Below, piece after piece: positions 35,615 to 48,429 of a stretch of 64,000 nucleotides of DNA (within the stretch, counting starts at the first letter, position 1; the number at the start of each line of letters is the position of its first letter). A program made the position numbers and the translations under genes. The stretch is from Oopsacas minuta (Eukaryota; Animalia; Porifera): NCBI GenBank assembly GCA_024704765.1, contig JAKMXF010000321.1:620001-684000 (forward strand), written 5' to 3'. The notes beneath the pieces were generated by a model. The model did not search any database. It saw only the letters and a program-made list of their open reading frames with translations, and was not told the DNA's origin.

Positions 35615-38600
35615 ATGTCAGTTAGATCTGCAACCAGAGAGGGAACAGCTTCAGTACAAGAAGAGCCTCTGGCTGTGGCAACAGAGGACAGCATCCAACC
35701 TATGAAATCTCCCATCCCTGCTACACCAGAAATAGCAGACAAGAAAGAATTACATGAACTACAACTAGTCAGGATGATGGGATTTGAGGGTAAGATTACT
35801 GGTGGCCTAATATCACATCCTGATGGAGTACATCTGTTGTATGCTCTCGGCTCTACAATCGTTATATTGAATATGATTAATAATTCTCAGAGCTTTCTAA
35901 GAGGACACAGTAACAATGTTTCTTGTATAGCTGTCAATAAGAAAGGAGACAAAATAGCTTCAGGTTATTGCTGTATAAATATTGTCAACTAACGTTATAT
36001 CGAACACGGATATATCGTAATTGTGTCAATAGCATAAATTCCATCAGTAATGTCGAAATCCGCTGATTTCAAAAGTATTTATTTCTGTCCCTTGAGCTTT
36101 GATATAACGGGAGTTTTTTTGTTATTTTCGAATTCTAATTGACTTCTTTGGATTCTATATATTATTAGTTATTCTGTTGTTATATACTAAATATTCAGGT
36201 CAGGTAACCTACATGGGATTCAAGGCAGATGTAATCTTATGGGACTTCAGTAGTCAGAGTATGATGGCTAGATTCAGTCTACATAAAGTGAAGGTACAAG
36301 CTCTAGCCTTCTCTCCTAACGATCTTTATCTAGCGACACTAGGAGGGAGAGATGATGGTACTATTGTTATGTGGAATTTGGAGAAGTTAGTAAATACTTA
36401 TTTTGACTATTTTTAACTGAATTTTAGGATGTATTATTTACAGTGTTGTGTTCTAAGAAAAACTTTATGTTCCAAATTACAGTACTGGAAAGTTCCCAAT
36501 TCCTATCCCTCCGTCATTCGTTATTTATACAATAAATATTGGTTATAAGAACGTGCAGGATACAACCAACATCCTCTGAAAAATGGTTCTCTTATATTCC
36601 TATATATTTAATGCCGGTTATAAGAGCATACTGGATATAAGAACGTGTATTACAACTCTCAAGAGGGTTCTTATAACCAGCTTTTACTGTACTGTAATAA
36701 TGTTATAGACTGGACAGTATATGTGGAGCTCCAGCAGCTATGCAGAGAGCAGGATGTGCATACACAGTAGGATTCAGTAGAGAGAAAGATGACGTCTTCT
36801 TCACGGTAGGAGATCACACTCTACGTGTATGGGAGCTGGACCTAGATAACAGGAAAATATACCCAACTGATTGTGACTTAGGATTGATAAAGAGAGTGAG
36901 CAAATGTCTGGTACCTTCTCTAGATGATACATTTCTACTCACAGGCACTACTAGTGGTGATATCGTACAGATTACTACTTCCTCTAGGGTATTGCATGGA
37001 TACGGCCCTCAGAAACACAAGTATCCTCTTGGTATGTGAATATTTACTAATTTATTCAAACATGTTTACTTGTCTCTTGACAGACACATGTAGTATTGCT
37101 TGCCCCATTTACTAACTCTAGACACCATGTGTAAACTCACTCAAATTATTCCTATATACAATGGTCCTCAATCCTGACCCCAAATGTTTGCATTATGTTT
37201 AATTGCAGGAGTTCCACTGGTGAAAAAAGGTTAGGCATTGCTATATACCAATTTTTACGTTCACGTCATTCGGAAGAACGAATATGTTTTTACTATGTAA
37301 TACGTATCACATTATCCATGTCATTATCTTATTTCGATTTTGTCAAACATTGACAAATTATACACACACACCTTGACATAACATATACATTAGGTATAGA
37401 GGCTCTGTGTAAACTAGAGAGTGGAGAGCTCCTAGCAGGAACAGGGAAGGGAGCAGTAGCGTTACTGAATGGAGAGAGTTTCAAGAAAATAAAATCTGCT
37501 ACAGTAGAGGGTTCTGTAACCTCTCTATCTCTTCATCCCAGTGGTGAGGTGTGTTTCATAGGTACAGATAGATGTAGAATGTATAAAATGAGTCTAACAG
37601 ATTTCCAACCAGAGTTATTAAAACTCAGTCAATCATCTGCTGTTACAGACGTGTGTTTCCCAGCAAACAGAAACGAATTATTCGTTACTAGTGGTAGAGA
37701 GAATATTCATATTTGGCATACACTGAGTGGTAACGAGTTGTTACGTATAACTCTAGCTAATTTAACCTGTCTAGCTGTTGTGGTGCAGCCTGATGGTAAA
37801 GCTATTATATCTGGATGGGAAGATGGAAAGCTCAGAGCTTTTCTTCCTGAAACAGGTGAGACCTCGGTTAATGAAAAACTTGTTTCAGCTCCACATGATG
37901 TACATCTCAGCATGCGGGCGGGCGGCGCGGCATCTCTTTCTTATTATATCATTATTTATGCTGTTATCATAATACAAAGTGGCCAATTCATGGAAATATT
38001 TAAGTGACTCTACCTTCGAAATATGTTAATTAAGCGTGTGAGGAAATGGTGAAATAATAGCAATATTCATGCGGACAGGTAAACTTGATACAAGCGGTGG
38101 TGCTGAAACAAGTTTCCAACTAACAATGACCTGAAATGTGCTAACATTTTACACATTGATATTATTCAATAGCTAATAACTAAAATTTGACAAATATTAA
38201 GAGTTAAGACACTAAGTAAATTCAAACAATACATGCTATTGTTATGTTAGAAGATCTGTAACATAGCTTCCTTATAGTTACATACAACTATAACTCTCCC
38301 TTTTTTGTCTATACACACCCCTCTAGGCTCAACTAGTCTTTCTTCTCCATGTTTCAACTCTAGACTTGTTTGTAAAGTATATCGTCTATTATCTTTCATA
38401 AATACGTACACATAAGGTTTTCTATTGTCGGTTATCAAAAGGCGACCTGAGGAGTCTATGCAGAAGAAAGAAGGCATCAAATCATTTGACTCTCTAGATA
38501 AGAATTGACTAAGTAGGTCTCCTCTTAAATCAAATTGCAGAATTAAGTAGTATTTGCTATTCAATACGAATAAACTATTCTTGTGTATCTTAATGTCAAG

Positions 38601-41600
38601 AGGTTGATACAAGGATGAATGTGTTATAGTTTTAACTATGCCACCAATAGAGTATACATTGATACGATCGTTCTTATAGTATACATTGATACGATTGTTC
38701 TTAGAGTCACACACGTACAGATTAGGATCTGAGTATGCTAACCCAGTGGGTGTGTTCATCTCACCCTCTAGTGAACCATGCTTACCAAAAACATCACAAC
38801 TAGATATGTACTTATCTTGAGACTCATCTCTTAAAGAAATGGAAGCTATTAAATCATGAGTGACAATATTGCGAGATTTAGCACTGATATATAATATGTT
38901 GTTTTGAAACTCAATGCCGTATGGTTGAGGTGAGAAATATACGACTTCTGGTTTAGGTTCACGGTTTAAAGGGCTATTTCCTGGTATATAAGATATGCCC
39001 ATGATGCTGTTATGTCCTGATATATAAGGTATGCGTCCATCGCCTATGATGCTACTATAGTAATCTCCTTGTATGAAAAATTCCTTCCTGTTAACTAGCA
39101 TGAAAGATGCGAAAGGGACCTTTTTCACTTTCTCAGTAACAAGGGAATAACAGTATAAGTTACAAGATATGTTATCCAATACATACACTGCATGGGCTAT
39201 ATAATCATAAGCTATTCCTTGTGGATATTGACATCCTAATAGAGATACTGTAATTATAGGTTTACGCCTTAATTCGTATTCTGTTATTCTAGCATGAATA
39301 ACTGGAGGAATAGCAACTGGAGGAATAATAACTGGAGGAATAGCAACTGGTTGTTCTACTGCCATTTTATCAATTGTTCGTTTCACTCGCCTTTCCACAT
39401 TTACTCGACTACTCTCTGTTATATAATTATCTAATTTAATTTTTTTCTGCTTTACTTCTCTCCTACCTTCACTCACTACTACATTACCTATCTCCTTCAA
39501 CTGATCACCTACTCCTTCCTTCCATACAAGCTCCACACTGTGAGGAGGATACTCTCTGTCTAAAGCTTCTATTTTCTTGTCTGTATCAGATAAGATAGAT
39601 TTCTTGAGATCCTCAAACTCTCCACTCTTGAACTGATCCTCTATGTTAATTCTTATTGCAGTGAGAGAGGACATTTTATTTTTGTATTCGCTCTGTTTGT
39701 TTGTGAATTCCTTCTCCAGTTTGTTCAGTTCTTCACTCAGTTCTTTTTCAATCTTGTGGATATTAGCTTTCAGTTCTGATACTCTTTCTCTCAGAGCACT
39801 GCGAGCTATCTCTAGTCCAAACAAGAATTCTTCTTTATCAATTTCTTCTGGAGATATTCTCGTAGCCATTCCCTATACTCTTAATACTTACTAGGGTCCT
39901 AGATATAATATTCCTATATATGATATGCTTAATTTTAGCCTAAAGTATCTACAAATGAATGTTTCAGGTTACAAATAACTTAAACGTAATAATGTTCCCA
40001 ATCAGTACTATACCATGAATTATACAAAATTACTAGATAGGGATAATCAAGTTTAAGTGAAACGGGGGCTGAACCCTACCCCTCAGTTACGCAATTACGA
40101 TTAAATAAATCTGATATAACCCACAGTATACAAATACATTTTATAATCAAATCGGCTATCACTAAACTCTCGTCATAACGAAGTGATTCTTTACCCCTTA
40201 TAGCTTGAAAGTAATTTAATATACTCCTATTACAAAATAATTCAGCTCGTAACGAAATGAAACAGAGGTCCTAAGCAATTCATTAAATTTTGCATGTTTG
40301 TAGGTCAGCCTATGTTCACAATACAGGATGCACATAACAAAGGCGTAACTGCTATATCTATGACGTCAGACTCCAAACGTATAATCTCAGGAGGAGGAGA
40401 GGGACAAGTAAGAGTTTGGGAGATTAATAAAAAGGTTCAAAGTTTGAAAGAATCTATGAAGGAACATAAAGGTCCTCTTACTTCAATTAGAGTAAAGAGT
40501 AATGATAAAGAGTGTGTTAGTGCATCAGCTGATGGTACTTGTATTATATGGGATCTGATAAGATTTGTTAGAAATCAGGTACACATACTTACTGTAGGCA
40601 TTCGAATAGTAGACTCAGCGATTATAAGATTAGCTTTCTTGAGGGGGGAAATTCCGATATTTGTAAGGCGTTAATTCATTATAACCTCACTTGTGTATTT
40701 GTAATAATTACTTGTTTTTATCCTAAGTAACAGTAATTAATTCAATATCCATGTAGGGATTATTCCCCGTAGCCTATTGTTAATTTTTAAGACTCTCGAG
40801 GTGTGATTCGATTAATCAAGGGAGGCTACTATGAGTACTCTTCAATGAAATAGTGACGGTTATCTTATAAATAATTAAATATGGGTAGCGGGTACTTGTG
40901 TTTGTTTAGTTCATGCAATTGATCAACAATTTATAATCTTTAGGATATACAGCACACTTCCTAACTACTTTTCAAATTATCCGTGACCAACTTTTCCAGT
41001 ACAAACATTTTGTTCATTAAGTGCATTTGCTTTCTTTTTTATGTGAGTGTGATGGGGGATATTTACAGGGCCGGATTTACCCTGGAGTGGTCCGAAACAT
41101 GGTCGACATTGGTCGGTGCCCCCCCCCAAATTTCAATTATTTTAGAAACTAGAAAGTGCCATATTTTCCAGTGCAGGGGTCTCTGTCAATATTGGGTGGG
41201 AATAAATGACTGACCTGAAGTGGCATGATGGTTAATATAACATATTTCAAAAGTAAACAATGTATAAAGTGAACCTATCTATGACATATCAAATTTCTAA
41301 TTTAGAAATTTTAGTCTCTAAGAATGACCCTTTGTATAAGTGGCCCGAAGGCTATAGCCTGCTTAGCCTAATGGTAAATCCGGTACTGGATATTTATGAA
41401 AATAATAAAATGGATCTCATATTATAAAATGCTGAAACCACTACTATGAATGTACAATTAACTGTGCCTTATAAACAGGTTATCTTCGCTAACACAATGT
41501 TCCGAGCAGTTTGCTATGGACTAAACGAGTGTCAGATAATAACATCAGGAACAGATCGTAAGGTCTCCTACTGGGAGGTATTCGATGGTAGTCAGGTACG

Positions 41601-41844
41601 AGAGATAGATGGATCTAAATCCTCAGCTATCAATACACTAGACGTGTCACATAATGGAGAGTACTTCGTTACTGGGGGAGATGACAGAGTTATCAAAGTA
41701 TGGAAATACATGGAAGGAGAACTTGTGGGATATGGTATAGGACATAGTGGAGAAGTTAGCAAGTTGGTATTGTGCCCTCAACAGAAATACATTGTCAGCG
41801 TCAGTGTTGATGGAGGTATACTGATATGGGAGTATATGAAATAG
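35615..41844 (+). CDS. CFAP52: Cilia- and flagella-associated protein 52 (WDR16); exons 35615-35963, 36199-36385, 36709-37031, 37394-37855, 40304-40578, 41479-41844
   Basis: Spliced product contains ASGQVTYMGFKADVILWD, LHKVKVQALAFSPN, AHNKGVTAI..SGGGEGQVRVW, VIFANTMF and GHSGEV; all GT-AG junctions are phase-compatible. Confidence 0.92.
35983..36115. mobile_element. Tc1/pogo-type MITE in CFAP52 intron 1
   Basis: GTCAACTAACGTTATATCGAA ... CCTTGAGCTTTGATATAACGGGAGTT. Confidence 0.55.
38247..39869 (-). CDS. Intronless coiled-coil + NHL-like protein nested antisense in CFAP52 intron 4
   Basis: 540-aa ORF; GEMNTPTGLA..LYVCDSKNNRI and EPRGVCIDKKGRVIVVC; short PVAIPPVIIPP repeats. Confidence 0.85.
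   Translation of the reverse strand: MATRISPEEIDKEEFLFGLEIARSALRERVSELKANIHKIEKELSEELNKLEKEFTNKQSEYKNKMSSLTAIRINIEDQFKSGEFEDLKKSILSDTDKKIEALDREYPPHSVELVWKEGVGDQLKEIGNVVVSEGRREVKQKKIKLDNYITESSRVNVERRVKRTIDKMAVEQPVAIPPVIIPPVAIPPVIHARITEYELRRKPIITVSLLGCQYPQGIAYDYIAHAVYVLDNISCNLYCYSLVTEKVKKVPFASFMLVNRKEFFIQGDYYSSIIGDGRIPYISGHNSIMGISYIPGNSPLNREPKPEVVYFSPQPYGIEFQNNILYISAKSRNIVTHDLIASISLRDESQDKYISSCDVFGKHGSLEGEMNTPTGLAYSDPNLYVCDSKNNRINVYYKNDRINVYSIGGIVKTITHSSLYQPLDIKIHKNSLFVLNSKYYLILQFDLRGDLLSQFLSRESNDLMPSFFCIDSSGRLLITDNRKPYVYVFMKDNRRYTLQTSLELKHGEERLVEPRGVCIDKKGRVIVVCNYKEAMLQIF
41066..41388. mobile_element. hAT-type MITE with perfect 8-bp TSD (GATATTTA) in CFAP52 intron 5
   Basis: CAGGGCCGGATTTACC ... 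GGTAAATCCGGTACTG, flanked by GATATTTA on both sides. Confidence 0.9.
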
Positions 41845-42445
41845 TAATGTGACGTAACTGCTACCCTATCACTTGAACTATTGCTACATCAATTACATTG
41901 TATTATTGTCTATTTATGCGGTATGCTATATTCAATCTTAATATCATTAAACGCACCCTTATTATCTTATTTAATTAGATTTCAATAATATACTTGTCTC
42001 CGGAGTGTTAGCTGTTTTTATGGAAACAACAGTAGTTTCCCTAGGTAACATAAAACTTATGGAAGCAGCGCGGTACGGACCATGCCATGCCATTTTTCGC
42101 TTGAATGTTGCATATATGATATACTGATACCCAAATATATATCGGTACTACAATACTAAGATAGGAATATAGTTGTAATCTGAGATTATACAACTTTTAT
42201 AACTTATGGAATAACAAACGCTACATATAAACACTGCGCTCAAAATTTCCAGGGCGGAGCTGGAGCCTTAGCCCAGCCCAATACATTTAGGAAAAAATCG
42301 CTACTTTTCTCCATTCAATGCTAAATAAGTAAACTAATGACGAATTCAAAAAGACGAGAGTAGACAGGAAATTATTGTCACAATCCTCACACAATGAAAT
42401 ATAAATGTAAAGAAATTATTTGTAGGACTTCATGCTATTTCATCC

Positions 42446-43450
42446 TCAAAAGCATGTATTTGGCTCAAATACCCTAATATATCCATATCCACATGCTTGA
42501 ATCATCTGAAAGTTTCTACTCACGGCCACTAGCCATCCTAGTTTAGAATTTTCTTGAATAGAATGATCATTACTTCTGTAGTAGCGAATTCCTCTATTAC
42601 CGAGGTACCAAACAGCAAACTCCTTAGAAGCTAAACTGCCAATAAGCACATTGCCTAGACAATCAAAAAGCAATGAAATTCTAGATTCGTATGGGAAGAA
42701 ATATTTATTGAATTCCACAGTTTGAAGAAGTTGTTTATTTGAAAGTGAAAATCGTAGAATTGTAAAGTTACCATCATTTCTGGAATATGAACTATGAAAT
42801 AGTTTGTTCACTGAATGACTTGAATAAATATCTGAATTCAAGATAACCATTGCATCTCCCTGAATTCTAAATGCAAGAAGTTGATGACATAATCTCTTTG
42901 AAACACTAAACTCTCCAATATACTCGAAATCTTGTGTATATATGTTAATTTGAGGATGTTCTGGTGATATTCCATATAAACTACTATACAAGTAAATATT
43001 ATCATTCTTATCACAGTCAAAACGACAATTATTTCCAAATAAATGAACATTCTTTACATTGTAATCATTGCATCTAGTTATTTGATTGTGTAAATGAGTT
43101 GTGACTAAAACATAATCTGATAGATAGATATTCTGTGAAACCATGGTTGATGTGAGACCGGGTAACGTACAATGAGTAACCAAATCACCCTCCAAGGTAT
43201 AGACCATAATTATACAAGATATAATACCAAAATATTTTTTTCTAAAAAATAAAGCAATAATATCTTTTGTTGGATGAAGACAGAGAGCTTCTATGAACGT
43301 AGTAGGAGTAGTGAATTCACCGAAATTATCCTTTTTGAACGAATATATATATTTGTCATGAAGGAAAGCTGCGCTAGCACCATTCCCTATTTTCTGTTTC
43401 TTAGCTGTGTTTTCCTCTACATGTTCTTCTGTTAAAATATGTTTCCTCAT
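42446..43450 (-). CDS. Orphan beta-propeller-like protein
   Basis: 334-aa intronless ORF, paralogous to 44382-45299 (shared YTL.GDLVT, NDYNVKN, CDK.D.IY, PQI.I.TQDF, KELxQTVxFNKxFF). Confidence 0.65.
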   Translation of the reverse strand: MRKHILTEEHVEENTAKKQKIGNGASAAFLHDKYIYSFKKDNFGEFTTPTTFIEALCLHPTKDIIALFFRKKYFGIISCIIMVYTLEGDLVTHCTLPGLTSTMVSQNIYLSDYVLVTTHLHNQITRCNDYNVKNVHLFGNNCRFDCDKNDNIYLYSSLYGISPEHPQINIYTQDFEYIGEFSVSKRLCHQLLAFRIQGDAMVILNSDIYSSHSVNKLFHSSYSRNDGNFTILRFSLSNKQLLQTVEFNKYFFPYESRISLLFDCLGNVLIGSLASKEFAVWYLGNRGIRYYRSNDHSIQENSKLGWLVAVSRNFQMIQACGYGYIRVFEPNTCF

Positions 43451-44206
43451 TTGAGATAGCTATATAGCGGACTAATGAGATATGAATAGATAAAGTTGTG
43501 CTATGACATAGTAATCCTTTGTAATTATAGCTGTAATGTGCGATCAGCGACGTTCATATTATCTACATTCCTAAGTTTGTATGCGCAATCTAAGTTTAAT
43601 ATACTCTCAAAGCTTTTGTTTAAAATCTCAGTAATTTAAGCTCATGCGCTCTGTAAGTAGGCAGAGCCATAGGAGGCGGATCGGTTCAGGTTTCAACAGG
43701 ACCAACTTTGGATAGGTTAGTATAGTGAGTATGGGGGGAACTGGACCGGCTTTCCCAGGTTTAGCATTAACAATATAGAAGATAGCCAGACCAATTCAAT
43801 TGTGCCTGCTTCGGGGCTGAACTAGGATTATCGCTCAGTAATATTAAATATGTGTAGTAATTGTATACTTGCTCCAAACAGTTTATCCTTATAGAATTAG
43901 CCACAATCATTTGTATTGTAAAAGGAGATTTTCGTTACTTTAGCAATGTAAAGTGCAAACGGTACGGACACAATTCAAAATACACTAATTAACCAAAATT
44001 GTTTGTGTACTTATGTATATATGTATCTCCACGCACTCTTGTTACGACATATGAAAATTAAACAGTCATGACCTATTCTCTGAGTCAATAATATAACATA
44101 CACGATACACAGAAAAATTGTGACTGATTAAAGTAGTGATATGGTTTTAATTGCGGGCCTATGGTCAGGGACTAAAAAGTAACAACCACTAAATGGTTAT
44201 CATACA

Positions 44207-44295
44207 CAGGTGCGGTCACAGGATTTGACATACCTGGGAGCGAGATTTGCAAATCCGAGGCAAATGTCCCGTTTGCCCCTCTGGGACCGCCACTG
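44207..44295. mobile_element. Tiny decayed hAT-type MITE
   Basis: CAGGTGCGGTCACAG ... CTGGGACCGCCACTG; flanks ATCATACA / GTCATGCA match 6/8. Confidence 0.45.
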
Positions 44296-44381
44296 GTCAT
44301 GCATGTGTTCACATCGCGAAGCAACATAGTATTGAATAATTTCTAGTTATTTCTTTAATAGTCGACAGTTTGTGAATCGAA

Positions 44382-45299
44382 ATGCAGAAAAGTACAACTG
44401 ACGATGAAATGGAAGAGAATACAGATGACAAACAGTGCGAAAAGAGTTATACAAACGAAGAGTTATACTCTTTTACTAATAACAAGTTCATAGAATTTCG
44501 AATTTCCACCAACATTCATGCATTCTGCCTTCATTCTAATGAACCATTAATAGCTATAAGCACTAATCTACACACTAGTAACTCTATCTTCTACCCTATT
44601 ATGATATACACCTTAAACGGAGACTTAGTTACATATTTTTCATTTCCTAACACTGTATATTCTTCAGGAAATATCTATATATCTTATGATATGTTGCTCA
44701 CAAATCATTCACATTATGGAACAACTCGAGTTAATGATTATAATGTGAAGAATATTGATTCTATTGGATTGAATAACTGTTTCTGTTGTGATAAAGATGA
44801 TCATATTTATGCGTATTGTTCATACACAAAGCCTCAGATTCATATACACACACAAGATTTTGATAAAATTGGTTATATCAGTATAGCCCAGAAAAGAAGC
44901 TCTCCTATGGCTATGAAAATCCAAGATGATAGTATGGTTATTATGAGTACAAAATATCATAAATACTCAACAAGAGGCAATATCACAATTCTGGTTTATT
45001 CTATTTCTAGTAAGGAACTTATGCAAACAGTGAAATTCAACAAACATTTCTTCGAAAACGACTATCATTTGTCAATATGTTTAGATCCTTTTAGCGATGT
45101 GCTAATTGGCAGAAATTTTTCAATGACAGATAAAGAGAAAATTGCAGTTTGGCATTTTGGTGGAAGAGTACGATGTTATAAGTGTTATGATATTCCTAAT
45201 AACAGAAATGACCAATTAAACGGGTTAGCAATGACTAAGGACTTTGAGATAGTTCGATCAACTACCAAAGGTTATATTAGGCTATATGATCCAGAATGA
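44382..45299 (+). CDS. Orphan beta-propeller-like protein (paralog of 42446-43450)
   Basis: 305-aa intronless ORF sharing the motifs listed for its paralog. Confidence 0.65.
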   Translation: MQKSTTDDEMEENTDDKQCEKSYTNEELYSFTNNKFIEFRISTNIHAFCLHSNEPLIAISTNLHTSNSIFYPIMIYTLNGDLVTYFSFPNTVYSSGNIYISYDMLLTNHSHYGTTRVNDYNVKNIDSIGLNNCFCCDKDDHIYAYCSYTKPQIHIHTQDFDKIGYISIAQKRSSPMAMKIQDDSMVIMSTKYHKYSTRGNITILVYSISSKELMQTVKFNKHFFENDYHLSICLDPFSDVLIGRNFSMTDKEKIAVWHFGGRVRCYKCYDIPNNRNDQLNGLAMTKDFEIVRSTTKGYIRLYDPE

Positions 45300-46153
45300 A
45301 ACAGTTACTTTGTTTTGAAATTATATATACTAAAACGATCGGAATCAATAATTAAGCAATAATTATGAGTTTAAAGAGGTTAGTTGTATTCCTGAGTTAA
45401 AAATATTACTTGTGTGAGCTGAAGAGGGTAATCTTGCTTATTTTTTATAATAGAAGTTTCTGTTTTCAAGTGATCAAAATGCCACAAAAACACTAGATAT
45501 GTTGAATTAGATAAATGTCCAATGTAAGTGGGCTGTTTATCGAGAGACATTTTCGTCATAGTAATGCATACGAAATATACAAATTGCTATATTCTATCAA
45601 ACAGACATAACTCGTAACAAAACCCCGAATAATCGAGGGAATACATCGCGAACGGTAAAATGAGACACAAAATATTTTCCGCGAATTATCGAAAAAGTGA
45701 ACGGCAAGGGCTGCCTGTATATATATTTATAGGATTATTCGTATGTTCATAATGTATAATTGTATATTCTTATTAGTATTTATGAGTCAGAAATCAGAAT
45801 ACAACTTTGTGTATCTTAAAATGAAGAATGCTCAGTAAAATGAATTTATAATAACTGCATGTAGTTGTAAATGGAGACATACACTATTTCTTTGAGCATA
45901 TATTCCAAATTGACAAGTTTTGCTGTTATTATGGAAATCCTACACCCTAGCACTATGCTAATCCATATAGGTAAATTAATAATTGCATAGAATGGAAATA
46001 TCAGCTGAGTACAAAACCAGGAAAATACTCAGAAATTGTTTATCCCTAATGATTTAAATATTAAATGCATAGACATATAAATACCTACATGAGTTGTATA
46101 TATATATATATATGAAATTAATGTACCATTGAAAAGAAATATAGTAGAAGGAA

Positions 46154-47281
46154 ATGTGTAACAATCCATATATTGGAGTTCATTACTATCTGAGATATCT
46201 TGCGAGGATAGAGTCCTACACCTTTCAGGGTTTAGGACTAATCTACACTATATTATGCATCTTGTGGTTACCTTACGTCATAGCTAGCATATATTCACAA
46301 ATTAGAAATAAAAGAAGACTTATTACTTTAATGCATCTAGATAGTAGTCGTGATTATACAAATCGTCTCTTCTTGCAAAAGGAATCTATATTCCGGTATG
46401 TTATCTTTCTTGTATTCCTTTGTTTTGAGCTGATCTACTGTATGCATATCAGTATACTTGGAATTAAATATTTCACTACCTCATTTAAAGATATCATGAT
46501 CCCGTTTGGTCCAAACTGCTCCCTAGATTCGAGCACAGCCATTGGCATTTCATATGGCAGTAGATTTGTTAGTATTCTTTTGCATTCATCCAACATATTC
46601 GGGAGGTTTTCGTTATTCATGATGATTTGGCTATTTGGTGCTTCTCTTCTCCATTTGAGTTTTGCCGCCAGAAATAAGCTGAGAGTGAAAGTAATTATTC
46701 GCTTCATCTTGTTAGGAATAGTTATTAATCTTATCGTGGTGATATTTGCCTATATTCCGTATACTAGAATATTCGGTATATTGGCAGATACCTTTTTGGA
46801 TCAAATCAGTATCTTTATTATACTCTACATTGCTAAGAAGAGATTCTTTCCTGCCATGAATAGTCGTGTTATAGATGCATATCATCTCCATAATACTAAT
46901 GTGTATCTACAACAGAAAAGATTGTTCAAACAGTATAAAGTGCTTGTCTTTGTTTTCTTGTTCACAATTGAAGTGTATATTCTGAAGAATTTTGTCAACT
47001 TTAATGAGATATCTAATTCTATTTATTATAATCTTTGTTGGTTTCATGTGACCATTCATCCCCGTATGCTCACATTGTCAGCATCTATGAAGAATACTCT
47101 TAGTCAAATCAGCAAAAACTTTATCCTATTTGTTAACTTGATTGAGATTATTGTGTTTTGTATTTGTATAGTTGTAAACTTAAACATTATATATGTTACC
47201 GCCAAAGGATTCTTTAAGAGAAGGTTTTATGACAGAGAAAGGTATCGTTATCAAATGTTTTCTAACCCCTTATTGTCTTGA
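46154..47281 (+). CDS. Orphan ~7TM membrane protein
   Basis: About seven hydrophobic segments; clear paralog at 48430-49551. Confidence 0.7.
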   Translation: MCNNPYIGVHYYLRYLARIESYTFQGLGLIYTILCILWLPYVIASIYSQIRNKRRLITLMHLDSSRDYTNRLFLQKESIFRYVIFLVFLCFELIYCMHISILGIKYFTTSFKDIMIPFGPNCSLDSSTAIGISYGSRFVSILLHSSNIFGRFSLFMMIWLFGASLLHLSFAARNKLRVKVIIRFILLGIVINLIVVIFAYIPYTRIFGILADTFLDQISIFIILYIAKKRFFPAMNSRVIDAYHLHNTNVYLQQKRLFKQYKVLVFVFLFTIEVYILKNFVNFNEISNSIYYNLCWFHVTIHPRMLTLSASMKNTLSQISKNFILFVNLIEIIVFCICIVVNLNIIYVTAKGFFKRRFYDRERYRYQMFSNPLLS

Positions 47282-47439
47282 TTAGAAGTACCTCACGTGG
47301 ACACAAATAATCAATTCCAGCTACTTTATGTGTCTACTTGTATACATATGTAATTTTATAGATACTGTATTTATTACTAGCGACATATTAAATAGTTCAT
47401 TTGCACCGAATAAATATGTTATTAATATTAACAATACAC

Positions 47440-47645
47440 ACTATCATTTGTCAATATGTTTCGAGCCTTTTGGCAATGTGCTAATTAGCAAAAATTTATC
47501 AATGACAGATAAAGAGAAAATTGTAGTTTAGTATCTCAGTGGAAGAGTACGAAGTTATAAGTGTTATGATATTCCTAATAACAGAAATGACCAATTAAAC
47601 GGGTTAGCAATGACTAACGAATTTTAGATCCAAAATGAGACAGTT
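47440..47645 (+). pseudogene. 3' fragment copy of the propeller gene (source ~45060-45306)
   Basis: Near-identical CTATCATTTGTCAATATGTTT...GACAGATAAAGAGAAAATTG...CCAATTAAACGGGTTAGCAATGACTAA, with a stop and an internal deletion. Confidence 0.75.
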
Positions 47646-48429
47646 TCAGTTGTAATGTGTTTTGCAAAAATTTATATTTGCATTTCATATATTGGAATTG
47701 AGGAATATACCTAGATTTATAATTTTATAAGCAAAAACGTAATATGAATTTTCCCTCAATATTTTCCTGGATTTAGTCATTTTTCCCCTGGATCTTAAGT
47801 CAAATCATTGGATGGTCGGAGATTGACCGAAAATTTACGTAGAAACCAAATTTTTACGAAGCATTTTAAAATCCCTTAATGATCCCCAACAGGCCTTAAT
47901 TTGCTTTTACATATGCCATTAGTTAACAAGTTTTTATTAGTAACAATCAAATAAATGTAGATATATGGACGCTTTCGCGTTTGTAAACAATAAGCCATAA
48001 TCACTATCAGTATGCAACAAACTATCAAAGTACTATTTTAAATGGTCGTACATACTTTGAGAAATATCTCGTACATTTCCGAGGTAGGTACAAACGTTGA
48101 GGAAATTTGAAAATTGACCTTCATCGATAACAAAAAGTATCACACGTAGATACGTAGATAGCAGTCAAATTTACATAGTCTACGTAAATTTACGGAGACT
48201 TGGCAGCACTGCTGACAGGGGGCAAATTTGGGACGGGCGGATATGAGAAACAAGTAGAGTATTACTTTACATGGCCTTACAGTTGATAGTTACAAATTTA
48301 ATGCTTTTAATTAACATTACAATTTGCACCTACCAATTCGAAGTATATACACACAATACCATATATAGTAAATAGACACATACAGTAGAAACTGAAATTA
48401 TTTGTCTGTGTTCTCCAAGGTACTTCCAA

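Noticed and set aside
43662-43819. Possible hAT-type MITE (CAGAGCCATAGGAGGC ... GCCTGCTTCGGGGCTG)
   Set aside because: TIR match only 11/16 and no proper 8-bp TSD.
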